Assembly (NCBI GenBank): GCA_964412775.1
Contig: CAYPPX010000001.1
Span: forward strand, 65,122 to 129,121
Length of the DNA: 64,000 bases
Direction of reading: 5' to 3'
DNA from: an uncultured Pseudomonadales bacterium
GTDB lineage: Bacteria; Patescibacteriota; Microgenomatia; UBA1400; PJMF01
This document shows positions 17,215 through 26,797 of this stretch, piece by piece. The stretch's first letter is position 1. Every line of letters starts with the position of its first letter. The notes under the pieces are model-generated. The model was not told where the DNA came from. It ran no database searches and was given only the letters and a program-made list of their open reading frames with translations. A program made the translations under genes and the position numbers.

Positions 17215-17290
17215 TTAAAATTTCATCTTTTATTGGTATAAGGATACTAAGAATAGTATATTTACTTCTGTTTATATAGTCAATTTATAT

Positions 17291-18139
17291 TTGAATAGTA
17301 ATTTATATTATGGTATTTATTTTTATATAGAACTAAGACTTGTGACAATCAACAATTTAAGATCTCTTGAAAAATACAAAAACTGGTTTGATTTTTTGTG
17401 GTCAATGGCTGAAAAAGAAACTAAAGCAAGATATAAAAATGCTTTGCTTGGTTTTTCGTGGATGGTTATCAATCCAGTTTTGCAAATGTTAATTATTGGG
17501 ATTATTTTTCAGTTTTTTGTTTCTTTTCAAACCATAGACAACTATTATTTATTTTTGTTAGTTGGTTTATTAGTATGGAATTTTTTTTCATCAAGCTTGA
17601 GCCAAGTTTCTCCTGTTTTTATTCAGCAACGTTTTTTATTACAAAAAGCAAGTTTTTCTAGAGAGATTTTGCCACTTTCGGTTATTTTGTCGAATATGTT
17701 TCATATTATTGTTTCTCTTGTTTTACTTTTAGTTTATATTTTTATTTTTAATGGTTTTGTTTTTTCATTTGTTAAATTAGTGTTACTTCTTTTTTCAGTT
17801 ATTTGGTTGCTTATTTTTACTAGTGGATTGGGTTTGTTGACTTCATCTTTAAATGTCAAATACAGAGATGTAAGTTTTATGGTTCAAGCATCGTTACCAC
17901 TTGGTTTCTACTTAACGCCGATTATTTATGATGAAAGCATGTTGCCTGGCAGTATTAGGTGGTTATTATTCATTAACCCTTTGAGTTCAATTATTGCAAA
18001 TTTAAAATCTGTATTTTTATCAACTACTGTTTTATCTATTAATTACCAAATACTTAGTATTTTTGTGACAATTTTAATTTTATTTTTAGGCATTTTTGTT
18101 TTTTTTAGAAACAGTAAAAACTTTAGTGACTATGTTTAA
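17291..18139 (+). CDS. ABC-2 type polysaccharide/teichoic-acid export permease (Wzm/TagG-like)
   Basis: 'LWSMAEKETKARYKNALLGFSWMVINP' matches the Wzm/KpsM N-terminal signature, 6 TM; true start may be GTG at 17342 or ATG at 17405. Confidence 0.7.
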   Translation: MNSNLYYGIYFYIELRLVTINNLRSLEKYKNWFDFLWSMAEKETKARYKNALLGFSWMVINPVLQMLIIGIIFQFFVSFQTIDNYYLFLLVGLLVWNFFSSSLSQVSPVFIQQRFLLQKASFSREILPLSVILSNMFHIIVSLVLLLVYIFIFNGFVFSFVKLVLLLFSVIWLLIFTSGLGLLTSSLNVKYRDVSFMVQASLPLGFYLTPIIYDESMLPGSIRWLLFINPLSSIIANLKSVFLSTTVLSINYQILSIFVTILILFLGIFVFFRNSKNFSDYV

Positions 18140-18142
18140 TTT

Positions 18143-18871
18143 ATGAAAAAAAATGCTGTTATTTCTCTAAAGAACATTACTAAAGAATATACTTTAAGAG
18201 GGCATAGACCAACTTTAGTGGAAAGATTGCTTGGGAAATCTAAGTTGGAAAAAGTTGAAGCATTACATAATTTGAGTATTGATATTTTTCCTGGGCAAAA
18301 AGTAGGTATTGTTGGCTCAAATGGTTCAGGTAAAACTACTTTTTTAAAAATTATTTCTAATATTTCTCAACCCACATCTGGTGAAATGAAAGTTGTTGGT
18401 CGAGTTGTGTCAGTCATAGATTTGGAGGCTGGATTTCATCCAGATCTTTCAGGTAGAGAGAATATTATGATTAATGGCATGATTTTAGGTATGACTAAGA
18501 AAGAAATATTATCAAAAATGAATGAAATTCTTTCTTTTGCTGATATTGGTAGATTTATTGATGAACCAATATTTACTTATTCAAAGGGCATGAAACTTAG
18601 GTTGGGCTTTGCTATTGCAATTAGTAGTGATCCGGATATTTTTTTGCTTGATGAGATGATTGCTGTAGGTGATAAAGAATTTAAAGCCAAAACGGCAAAA
18701 AAAGTTGCTTCTTTTTTGAAGCAAGGTAAAGTGGTGGTTATTGCTAGTCATTTAATTGATTTTATTGGTCTTTCATGCAAAAGAATTGTTTGGTTGGAAA
18801 AAGGTAAAATTTTGGCAGATGGTGGTAAAGAAGTTGTAAAAAAGTACAAAAAATACAAAAGTTCTTTATAA
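18143..18871 (+). CDS. ABC-2 exporter ATP-binding protein (Wzt/TagH-like)
   Basis: Walker A GSNGSGKTT, Walker B FLLDEMIAVGD, 242 aa without C-terminal carbohydrate-binding domain. Confidence 0.85.
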   Translation: MKKNAVISLKNITKEYTLRGHRPTLVERLLGKSKLEKVEALHNLSIDIFPGQKVGIVGSNGSGKTTFLKIISNISQPTSGEMKVVGRVVSVIDLEAGFHPDLSGRENIMINGMILGMTKKEILSKMNEILSFADIGRFIDEPIFTYSKGMKLRLGFAIAISSDPDIFLLDEMIAVGDKEFKAKTAKKVASFLKQGKVVVIASHLIDFIGLSCKRIVWLEKGKILADGGKEVVKKYKKYKSSL

Positions 18872-18886
18872 ATTTTATTAATATAA

Positions 18887-20146
18887 ATGGAAAAAGTTTT
18901 TAAGAAAAAAATGTTTAATTTTTTTAGAAATAAGTACGACATTGTTATTAGCGCTCATGATTTTGGTTTGGGGCCAACTTCTATCATTTCTCAAACTTTA
19001 AAAAACCAAAATAAGTACAAATTTGGTTTGATAGGTAACAAAAACCAAGAAAATTTTATTAATAAACAGGGTTTTAAGGTAAAGTTATTGGCAGATCAGT
19101 ATGACTATTTAAATTCTAAAAATAGAGTCAAAGCCACAGTCTCATGTTTTGATCCGATGCTAGTTTTTTCTTCATGGAAAAGGGGTATTCCTGTTTTATA
19201 TATAGATAGTTTACTTTGGTTTTGGGATTTTGATGAAAAAAAATTACAAAAAACTTATGAAAAATTGTTTGCTTTGAGGGAAACTAGTAATCAAGATTTT
19301 GACTTTAGAGTTAAAGAAATAGTTGATTTTGATAGTCATTTACCTTTTGTTTTAGCACATTTATTTTCTACTCACTCTTTGATTCAACGTTTTGGTGGGT
19401 TAACGGAAAAAAGATTGAAGTTTATTAGAAAATTTAATAAGCAAATTAGTCTTTTTGGGGCTTTAGTTCCTAAAAAAAATAATTTAATTAAAGAAAAAGT
19501 TACTAAACCAGTTATTTATGTTCAACTTGGAGGTATGCTTAATCCAAATACTGGTTTAGATTTTAGTAAGAAATACGTTAATTATATTGCACAGATATTA
19601 GACCAAATTAATAAAAAAGATATTTATAAAGTTATTTTTAAGGTTAATTCTATTTTTGACAATTTAAAAAACAAATATAAACATTTAGATGTAATTGGTA
19701 ATTTATCATTTACTGAGCATATTTCCTTAATAAAAAACTGTGATTTTTTGATTTTGCAGCCAGGGCAACATGGTATTTATGAGTCTGTTTTTTTTAAAAA
19801 AAACATTTTTCTGTTACCGGAACAAACAACTTCTCATACTGTTCATGTTAAAGAAATGATTAAGAATGGCTTTGTGGTTGATCAGCATATGTTTTTTGAC
19901 TTTTATGATGCCAAAGCAAACAAGGAGAATACTGATTATTTGGTAAAAGGATTAAATCAGTTTAGAAGAGACAAAGTGAAGTTAATAAATAAAATTGAAG
20001 AATTTTTTCATAAAGATAAAAAACTTACAACCAAAGAGATTAAAACAAGATATCAAGTTACCAAAAGATTATTGGGTGATTTTGGTGGCAATGAAACTTT
20101 AATAAAGACTGCAGATTTATTTTTTAAAAAATTCGTTGATAATTGA
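18887..20146 (+). CDS. hypothetical protein (possibly glycosyl/glycerophosphotransferase-like)
   Basis: 419-aa soluble ORF in glycan cluster; no confident motif. Confidence 0.3.
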   Translation: MEKVFKKKMFNFFRNKYDIVISAHDFGLGPTSIISQTLKNQNKYKFGLIGNKNQENFINKQGFKVKLLADQYDYLNSKNRVKATVSCFDPMLVFSSWKRGIPVLYIDSLLWFWDFDEKKLQKTYEKLFALRETSNQDFDFRVKEIVDFDSHLPFVLAHLFSTHSLIQRFGGLTEKRLKFIRKFNKQISLFGALVPKKNNLIKEKVTKPVIYVQLGGMLNPNTGLDFSKKYVNYIAQILDQINKKDIYKVIFKVNSIFDNLKNKYKHLDVIGNLSFTEHISLIKNCDFLILQPGQHGIYESVFFKKNIFLLPEQTTSHTVHVKEMIKNGFVVDQHMFFDFYDAKANKENTDYLVKGLNQFRRDKVKLINKIEEFFHKDKKLTTKEIKTRYQVTKRLLGDFGGNETLIKTADLFFKKFVDN

Positions 20147-21025
20147 ATCAATTATTTTTTTGTCTACTTTATTTACAATTGTTACAGCAAATATTTTATC
20201 GCTTTTTTGAGACTCTTTGTTAAAAATGGGGAAGATAAACCCCGGTTCTTTTTTAATAAGTTTAGTTGATAAATATAACTTTTTTTTTGAATTTTGTTGT
20301 AGATGTTCCAATAGGATCGCTGTTAGTAAATCGTGAACTGCTGCTCCAGTATATTGGGTTTTTTCTAACTTTTCTGTAAAGAAAAACTTTTTGTTTTTTA
20401 TGTAATAGTTTAGGTATGGTTTAAAAAAAGTTTTTAAAGGTTCAATTTTTAAATCACTTAAATTGAGTTGAATTTTTTCTGTAATGTTAAGTGGTACTAA
20501 AACTATTTTTTCACTAAGTTTAAGTAAAACTTTTTCTACGGCGATTGGGTCCCAATAAAAGTTTGCTTCAGCGAGTGGCGTTGCGTTGCCAGGTGTAAGA
20601 ATAGCTCCTCCCATAATCAAAAGTTTATTGAGTTTTTTTAAAAAATTATTATTTTTTATTAACTTACTTAGGTTTGTTAGTGGACCAATTGAAAGATAGT
20701 CAAATTTGTCATTAAAACTGTTGTTATTAATTTGATTAACTCTGATGGGTTTTTTATTAATCCACTTATTGCCATGTATATGGTAAAAAGGTAAGAACTC
20801 ACCTTTAAGTGGTTGCTTTTCTCCTAAAAAAATCTCTATTTTTTTATCAGTTTTTAGTAAGCTTAAAAAATAACTAATTCTAGAAAGGCACTCTTCTCTA
20901 GAAAAAATTCCATAATTGGCAATAATTTTTATATTTTTATATTTTTTTGTTTTTATAAGGTAGTAAATTGCTAGTAAATCATCTGCACCAGCATCAGTAT
21001 CTACAACGATTGTTTTTACTTGCAT
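20117..21025 (-). CDS. nucleoside hydrolase (IU-NH family)
   Basis: N-terminal 'VVDTDAGADDLLAI' DxDxxxDD fingerprint of inosine-uridine nucleoside hydrolases; 302 aa. Confidence 0.7.
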   Translation of the reverse strand: MQVKTIVVDTDAGADDLLAIYYLIKTKKYKNIKIIANYGIFSREECLSRISYFLSLLKTDKKIEIFLGEKQPLKGEFLPFYHIHGNKWINKKPIRVNQINNNSFNDKFDYLSIGPLTNLSKLIKNNNFLKKLNKLLIMGGAILTPGNATPLAEANFYWDPIAVEKVLLKLSEKIVLVPLNITEKIQLNLSDLKIEPLKTFFKPYLNYYIKNKKFFFTEKLEKTQYTGAAVHDLLTAILLEHLQQNSKKKLYLSTKLIKKEPGFIFPIFNKESQKSDKIFAVTIVNKVDKKIIDSIINEFFKK

Positions 21026-21672
21026 TTATTTTCCAATTTTATACCTAAAAAATCTTTTAATTCATCAACTAAAATTGCTTGAAAACCCAACTTTTTGGCA
21101 GGCTCAATATCATTTTTATATGAGTCACCAACCATTAAAATCATTTTTGGGAAAAGTTTAGTTTCAGTTAAAACTTTTTTAAAAGGTGCTAGGTTGGGTT
21201 TTAAACTTTTTGTTTCGTTACAGTCAATTATTTTAGTAAAAGGTGAAAAAACAAGCTTTTTATTTTTCTTAAATCCAATTTTTTTTAGACATTTTTCTAG
21301 TTCAGCTTTAGGGGTATTTGAGAGAATTAAATGCTGATAATTATTAAGTTTTTCTAGTTGTTTGACTAGCTTTTTGTTTGGTTTTAGTAATTTACTCTTA
21401 TCAACTTTTTTTTCAACATAATTAATAACGTCTAGTTCTTTTTTATTCAGTTTTTTAGCCACTGCTTTACTCCAACGACCATGTTGTTTAATTAGCTGGT
21501 CAAATTCTTTAGTTGAAATTTTTTTATTTAAATTTTTATTTAGATAGTTGTAGTAGCCTTTTTTTAAAGCTTCCCCAACTTGGGGGTTAATATACAAAGT
21601 ATCGTCGAAATCCCAGACTATAACTCTAACTAGATTCCGTTTGATTATGTTTTTTATTTTTTTAAGTAACAT
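21016..21672 (-). CDS. HAD-superfamily hydrolase (nucleotidase-like)
   Basis: Motif I 'VIVWDFDDTLY', motif IV 'MVGDSYKNDI'. Confidence 0.65.
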   Translation of the reverse strand: MLLKKIKNIIKRNLVRVIVWDFDDTLYINPQVGEALKKGYYNYLNKNLNKKISTKEFDQLIKQHGRWSKAVAKKLNKKELDVINYVEKKVDKSKLLKPNKKLVKQLEKLNNYQHLILSNTPKAELEKCLKKIGFKKNKKLVFSPFTKIIDCNETKSLKPNLAPFKKVLTETKLFPKMILMVGDSYKNDIEPAKKLGFQAILVDELKDFLGIKLENKCK

Positions 21673-22779
21673 TTAAATTCTAGGAATATTTTCCAAGTGG
21701 GTGCTGTTTGAAACTAAGACAACTTTGGCATTTTTTTCAATTTCTTTGATGTCTTTAGTTCCCAAGTACCACATTGACCTAATTAAGCCACCTTTTAACT
21801 GGTTTAAAACAATATCGGCTGAACCTTTATATGGAACCAAAGCCTCAACTCCTTCTTCGAATTCTTTGTTTAGTTTTTGATTATTAAAAATAGATCTTTT
21901 AATTTTTCTTAAAATTTCTATAGGGTTCAGTTGTTCCCATGGTGTTTGATGTTTGTAAGCAGTGTCTGTGCACATTCCCCAAGAGTATTTATATTTTTTA
22001 CCATCTTTTTCAATGATTTCACCAGGGCACTCATCTGTGCCACTTAGTAAACCTCCAATCATCACTGCTTCAGCTCCAAAAGCAAATGCTTTGGGAATGT
22101 CACCTGAGTATTTAATTCCAGTATCAGAAATAATTGGAATATCATATTTTTTTGCTATTTGGTAACAATCCTCAACAGCACTTAGTTGTGGTCTACCTAC
22201 CCCAGTAACTAATCTAGTTGTACAGTGGGATCCACCTCCGATTCCAACCCTGATACTGTCAGCTCCAGCTTTGATTAGTTCTTTAGTTGCTTGTTGGGTT
22301 ACAACTAATGAAGCGCTGACTTTAATATCTTTAAAAGCATTTTTAATTTTGCTAATAAACTCAATTGTTTGAGTATTGTGGGCTTGACCTGTTTCTAGAG
22401 AAATTAAGTCAGCTCCAGCTTGAAGTAAAATTGAGACATCTTTTAGAGTAGTTGATTTGTTAAAAGAAATAGTCCCAGCAACCTTAACATTTTCTTTTTT
22501 TACTCTAGTAATTTGTTCTGCTTGGCTATTTATACTTTGAAAAGGATGGATAAAGCCTAATCCACCAGCTTTTCCAATCGTAATTGCCATTTTTTCACCA
22601 GTTACTCCAGGCATTGGGGCAGACACAATTGGTAAATCTAAGTAAAAATCTTTGGCAATTCTACCAGTAATTTTTATATTTTTCTTTTCATTGTCGACTA
22701 AAAAGTCAGACTTACCAGGTAAAAGTAAGACATCATCAAATGTTACTTCGTTAAAGTTGTTTGTTTTATCAATTTTCAT
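21673..22779 (-). CDS. IMP dehydrogenase/GMP reductase family protein (no CBS subdomain)
   Basis: 'FDDVLLLPG', '[26 protein letters not shown]', catalytic loop '[24 protein letters not shown]'; 368 aa. Confidence 0.75.
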   Translation of the reverse strand: MKIDKTNNFNEVTFDDVLLLPGKSDFLVDNEKKNIKITGRIAKDFYLDLPIVSAPMPGVTGEKMAITIGKAGGLGFIHPFQSINSQAEQITRVKKENVKVAGTISFNKSTTLKDVSILLQAGADLISLETGQAHNTQTIEFISKIKNAFKDIKVSASLVVTQQATKELIKAGADSIRVGIGGGSHCTTRLVTGVGRPQLSAVEDCYQIAKKYDIPIISDTGIKYSGDIPKAFAFGAEAVMIGGLLSGTDECPGEIIEKDGKKYKYSWGMCTDTAYKHQTPWEQLNPIEILRKIKRSIFNNQKLNKEFEEGVEALVPYKGSADIVLNQLKGGLIRSMWYLGTKDIKEIEKNAKVVLVSNSTHLENIPRI

Positions 22780-24028
22780 TTACAATTCCAGTTTTTCTAG
22801 TTATATATATCGTTCCACTATTTATGCAATCAAATTGATAATTTGGCAAGTAGTATGTATAGTATCTTTCCATATTTGGGTAACAAGCTGTGTCTAAAAT
22901 TTGTTCATTCTGGTTTGTCATTTTTTCTTTTATTTTTGTTATTTCAGGAGAAAAAAACGTAAGTCTTAAAAAAGTAGAATAAATTAGAAACGATCCATAA
23001 AAGATAAAAATTATTTTTTTATTGGTTTCACTAAAAATATTATCAATGATTAATATGAAACTAAGCTGGATGATAATTGCTAAAGAAATTTGATAAGTTA
23101 GAACAGGGAATATATCTATAAATGGTTTGCTATAAAAAATAATAAATTGGATTATTGCAAAGATAACTAACCCTTTTTGCTTTTCTAAGATTTTTATTTT
23201 ATTTATTTTGATAATAGTGACGACTAATAATAGTAAAACAATAAAAATTATTATTTTGTAGTTTACTATTCCTTGGAAAAGACTTGTCCTGATTAATTCT
23301 AAAATAAAAGTTTTATCATAGTAAATCTGATTAAATTCATATCGGTAGTTTTCACCAAATAAAGCAGTGTAAATATTTTTAAAGTTAAATATCATGCTTG
23401 TAAAAAAACTAATCAAGATTGCTAAGGATGTATTTTTATTCTTTTGTAACAATGCTAATAGAAAGAAAGCTAAAAAATTTAGATAAAAAACATAGTGGGT
23501 TATTGTTCCTAAAGTTATTGTAATTATTAGTGAAATAGTTTTTATCTTTGTTGGTTTGCTATTTAAAAGATACAAGGAAATAATAAAAAACATTAAGTAC
23601 ATTGGGTAAGGTCTAGCTAGGTTGTAATATGTTAAAGTTACAACCGAAGTAGAGAATAAAAGAGCACTGAGTAGTATTGATTTTTTTGATTTATAAATAT
23701 TTTCACTAATTTTAATAATAAAAAAATAACTGACTGAAAGAAAAACTAAAGAAAGTGATCTTGAAATAAATTCTGAATGATAAGGAAATAAACTAAGATA
23801 ATTTTTTAAAGTAAAAAAATATAATGGGGGGTTTCCTATATCAAGGTTTTTTGAAAAAAAATTACTATTTTGGTTGTCTCTGGTTAATTCAAAAGAGAAA
23901 AATTCATCTCCAGTATAGGGTTGGTTAAAGTAAGAATTTCCAACCTTAAATAGTGAAAATAAAAATATCAAAAAAAGTAATATTAACTCTTTTTTTGAAT
24001 AATCAACTTTACTATTTAATTCTTGCAT
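22769..24028 (-). CDS. polytopic membrane protein, GT-C (ArnT/PMT-like) glycosyltransferase candidate
   Basis: about 11 TM segments, early 'YTGDEFF' DE-containing loop typical of GT-C enzymes. Confidence 0.4.
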   Translation of the reverse strand: MQELNSKVDYSKKELILLFLIFLFSLFKVGNSYFNQPYTGDEFFSFELTRDNQNSNFFSKNLDIGNPPLYFFTLKNYLSLFPYHSEFISRSLSLVFLSVSYFFIIKISENIYKSKKSILLSALLFSTSVVTLTYYNLARPYPMYLMFFIISLYLLNSKPTKIKTISLIITITLGTITHYVFYLNFLAFFLLALLQKNKNTSLAILISFFTSMIFNFKNIYTALFGENYRYEFNQIYYDKTFILELIRTSLFQGIVNYKIIIFIVLLLLVVTIIKINKIKILEKQKGLVIFAIIQFIIFYSKPFIDIFPVLTYQISLAIIIQLSFILIIDNIFSETNKKIIFIFYGSFLIYSTFLRLTFFSPEITKIKEKMTNQNEQILDTACYPNMERYYTYYLPNYQFDCINSGTIYITRKTGIVNEN

Positions 24029-24031
24029 AAA

Positions 24032-24892
24032 TTATTTAGTTTGTTTCTTTGCTATTAAAGTATAGCTAAGAGGCATTTTTTTTGTTGATTTTTCTAGTTT
24101 TTTAAAACTTAGTGAAAAATCTTCAGGGTGTTCTTCAAATGACACTATGGAAAATTTTGTTTTGACTAGTGTGTTTATAATTTCGGAAAGTTTATGGTAT
24201 TTACAGTATTGATTCGGAACTTTGTATTTATTTTTACCATAATAGTCTAGTGAAATATTATTTTGGTCTATGTTTTCATTAAAATATGATCTGTTAACTT
24301 TGATTTTTGTGATAGAGCTATTGTAGTCAAACATATGTAAGAGTGGATTCATTTCATTAATAATGATTTGGCCATTATTTTTTAGAATTAAACTGGTTTT
24401 TTTAAAAAAATCCTCAAGGTCTATCATCCATGGGAGTGTTCCAACAGAAATAAAAACTAGGTCAAATTTTTTCCCATTAAGTGCCCTTATTTTTAAAAAA
24501 TTATCTTTAATAAAATCGCAATTTTGTAAATTTATTGAATTTTTCAATTCATTAGCTTGGTCAATAAATTCTTTTGAGATATCTATTCCTAAACAGTAAC
24601 TTGCTCCTAGTTTTTTGATTGAAATTAACTCAACTCCGTTATTGCATGCTGGTTGGCAAACAGTTTTATTTTTAACTTTTAATTTTTTAAGGGCAATTAT
24701 TTGTTGTTGGTTTAGGCAAGAAAAGTTTTTTTCCCTTATTTTATTTAACCAATAGCTATGTTTTTCTTTTTTATGAAATGGTGAAACTGTGTTCCAAGCA
24801 ATTTCATTAGATTTATAGTAATGGTTGAAGTTTTTTTTACTGATCAAACTTTTAAGACCATTTTTGATTTTATTTTTAGTTGTATTTAGCAT
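24032..24892 (-). CDS. class I SAM-dependent methyltransferase
   Basis: 'CLGIDISKEFIDQA' (motif I-like) and 'FDLVFISVGTLPW' (post-I/II). Confidence 0.55.
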   Translation of the reverse strand: MLNTTKNKIKNGLKSLISKKNFNHYYKSNEIAWNTVSPFHKKEKHSYWLNKIREKNFSCLNQQQIIALKKLKVKNKTVCQPACNNGVELISIKKLGASYCLGIDISKEFIDQANELKNSINLQNCDFIKDNFLKIRALNGKKFDLVFISVGTLPWMIDLEDFFKKTSLILKNNGQIIINEMNPLLHMFDYNSSITKIKVNRSYFNENIDQNNISLDYYGKNKYKVPNQYCKYHKLSEIINTLVKTKFSIVSFEEHPEDFSLSFKKLEKSTKKMPLSYTLIAKKQTK

Positions 24893-24894
24893 TG

Positions 24895-26220
24895 TTAAAT
24901 AAAAAATAATTTTGGTTTTTTAAATATAAAGTCACCGCCAATAGTGCTGTTATAAGCACCTACGGCAAAGAAAACTATTAAATCATCTTTATTGACTTTT
25001 GGTAGATCTCCAACAAAGATTAAGTCATCTTCTTGGCATGATGAACCAAAAATTTGTGTTTTTAAATTTTCTTTTTGGTTGTTTAATTTAAGTTTATTAG
25101 TGTAAATCCTAACAAGGTTTGGTCGATAGTGAGTTAGTGGTAACATATTATTAGTAGCACTACAGGTAATCTTTTGTTTTTTATTTTCTGTTTTAATATC
25201 GAGTACATTGGTTATTAATATTTGGGCATCTTCGACAATAAATCTTCCAGGTTCTAAAATAAGCATTGGTTTTTTATTAGTAAAAGTATTTGCTAGCTCA
25301 CTTGATATAGCTACTATATATTTTTCTATTTCTTCGATTTTAGTTTTTAATTCGCTATTTGGTTGTGGAGCGTGGCTGGGAAAACCACCACCAAAATCAA
25401 TAAAATCCAAGTTGTTAAGTTTAGTGTCTTTAATGAACTTTTTAACCAAGATGGCTGCTTCTTTATATTTTTCAGGTTTGTAGTTGTTTGTTCCTAGATG
25501 CAAATGTAGGCCCTTAATTAATATTTTGTTTTTTTTGAGTCTGGTTAATGCGATTTTGGCCTCATTATTTTTGATAGAAAAGCCGAACCTACTGTTACTA
25601 TCAACTTTTAATCTTAGCCCCCAGCTAATTTGTTGTTGCTCTTTTTTAGTTAAGGATTTAATAATTTCAATTTCTGTTAAGTTATCAATATTAACAATGG
25701 CTCTTAATTTAGCCGCTTTTTTTAAAGAGTTAATTGTTTTTGCTGGTCCATTAAAAATAATTTTTTCATAGTTATGTTGATTCGCTAAAAGTAGCTCGTT
25801 TTCAGAAACAACTTCCGCCCAGAAATTTTTTTTAAAAAAACTATTACCAATTACTGAATAGTTGGTTTTGAAAGAGTAGGCTAATTGGTTATTTCCACCC
25901 CAATTTTTATTTAGAGAATTTTTAATTTTTGTGTAATTTTTAACAATAATACTTTTTTGAGTGACAAAAAAAGGCAAAGATTGTTGCTTTAAAAGTTTTT
26001 TTAAAGCAATTTCATTTTTGCCTATGTTAGTAAAAAAACTAAAATTTTTATTATTGTTTTTTTTATAAAAATAGGTCTTATTTAAGATAGATTTAGTGAT
26101 AAACTTAATCATAAAACTATGAACCATATCATACAACAAATATTTGGCAGTAAAAGAATAGTTAACAATCGATCTATTAAAAATTTTATTAATCATTTTA
26201 GTAAAGGTGACAATTGGCAT
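24895..26220 (-). CDS. PLP-dependent decarboxylase, Orn/DAP/Arg decarboxylase (alanine-racemase fold) family
   Basis: 'AYSFKTNY' (PLP-Lys region), 'FIDFGGGFPS', 'EPGRFIVEDA', 'GAYNS'; 5' end overlaps divergent gene by about 100 nt, so the true start may be internal (for example 26196). Confidence 0.65.
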   Translation of the reverse strand: MPIVTFTKMINKIFNRSIVNYSFTAKYLLYDMVHSFMIKFITKSILNKTYFYKKNNNKNFSFFTNIGKNEIALKKLLKQQSLPFFVTQKSIIVKNYTKIKNSLNKNWGGNNQLAYSFKTNYSVIGNSFFKKNFWAEVVSENELLLANQHNYEKIIFNGPAKTINSLKKAAKLRAIVNIDNLTEIEIIKSLTKKEQQQISWGLRLKVDSNSRFGFSIKNNEAKIALTRLKKNKILIKGLHLHLGTNNYKPEKYKEAAILVKKFIKDTKLNNLDFIDFGGGFPSHAPQPNSELKTKIEEIEKYIVAISSELANTFTNKKPMLILEPGRFIVEDAQILITNVLDIKTENKKQKITCSATNNMLPLTHYRPNLVRIYTNKLKLNNQKENLKTQIFGSSCQEDDLIFVGDLPKVNKDDLIVFFAVGAYNSTIGGDFIFKKPKLFFI

Positions 26221-26796
26221 GAATTAGATGAAAACTCTGGGAACTTGGGTTATGGTTGGGTACATTATTCATTAATTAGACTTTTAAAACCTAAAAGAGT
26301 TTTATGTATTGGTAGTAGATATGGTTTTATTCCAGCAATTTGTGCTTTAGCATGTAGAGATAATGGTTTTGGTGTTGTTGATTTTGTTGATGCTGGTTTT
26401 TCACAAAATAATATCTTAGATAAAGATCGACATTGGGGCGGTGTTGGGTTTTGGAATGATAAAAAAATTGATAAACATTTTGCCAAATATGGTTTAGCTG
26501 AACATTTAAAATTACACGTGATGCTTTCTGCTGATTTCAAAAATAAATATCCCAAAAGAAAATGGGGTTATATGCACTTGGACGGGGATCATTCATATAA
26601 AGGGGTTAAAAAAGATTTTCATGACTTTTGGCCAAGTTTAGAAACCAAAGGCATTGTGGGCTTTCATGATATTAATACCAACTTAGAGAATGACTTGGAT
26701 TATGGTGTTGATAAATTTTGGCAAGAAATTAGTAAAAAATATTCTGCCTTCGATTTTCCAGGATCAAATGGTCTTGGTTTAATTCAAAAAAAGTAA
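26119..26796 (+). CDS. class I SAM-dependent methyltransferase (TylF/MycF-like O-methyltransferase family)
   Basis: 'VLCIGSRYGFIPAICAL', 'HLDGDHSYKGVKKDFHDFWP', 'GIVGFHDI' resemble Methyltransf_24-type sugar O-MTs; start uncertain. Confidence 0.5.
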   Translation: MNHIIQQIFGSKRIVNNRSIKNFINHFSKGDNWHELDENSGNLGYGWVHYSLIRLLKPKRVLCIGSRYGFIPAICALACRDNGFGVVDFVDAGFSQNNILDKDRHWGGVGFWNDKKIDKHFAKYGLAEHLKLHVMLSADFKNKYPKRKWGYMHLDGDHSYKGVKKDFHDFWPSLETKGIVGFHDINTNLENDLDYGVDKFWQEISKKYSAFDFPGSNGLGLIQKK

Positions 26797-26797
26797 C

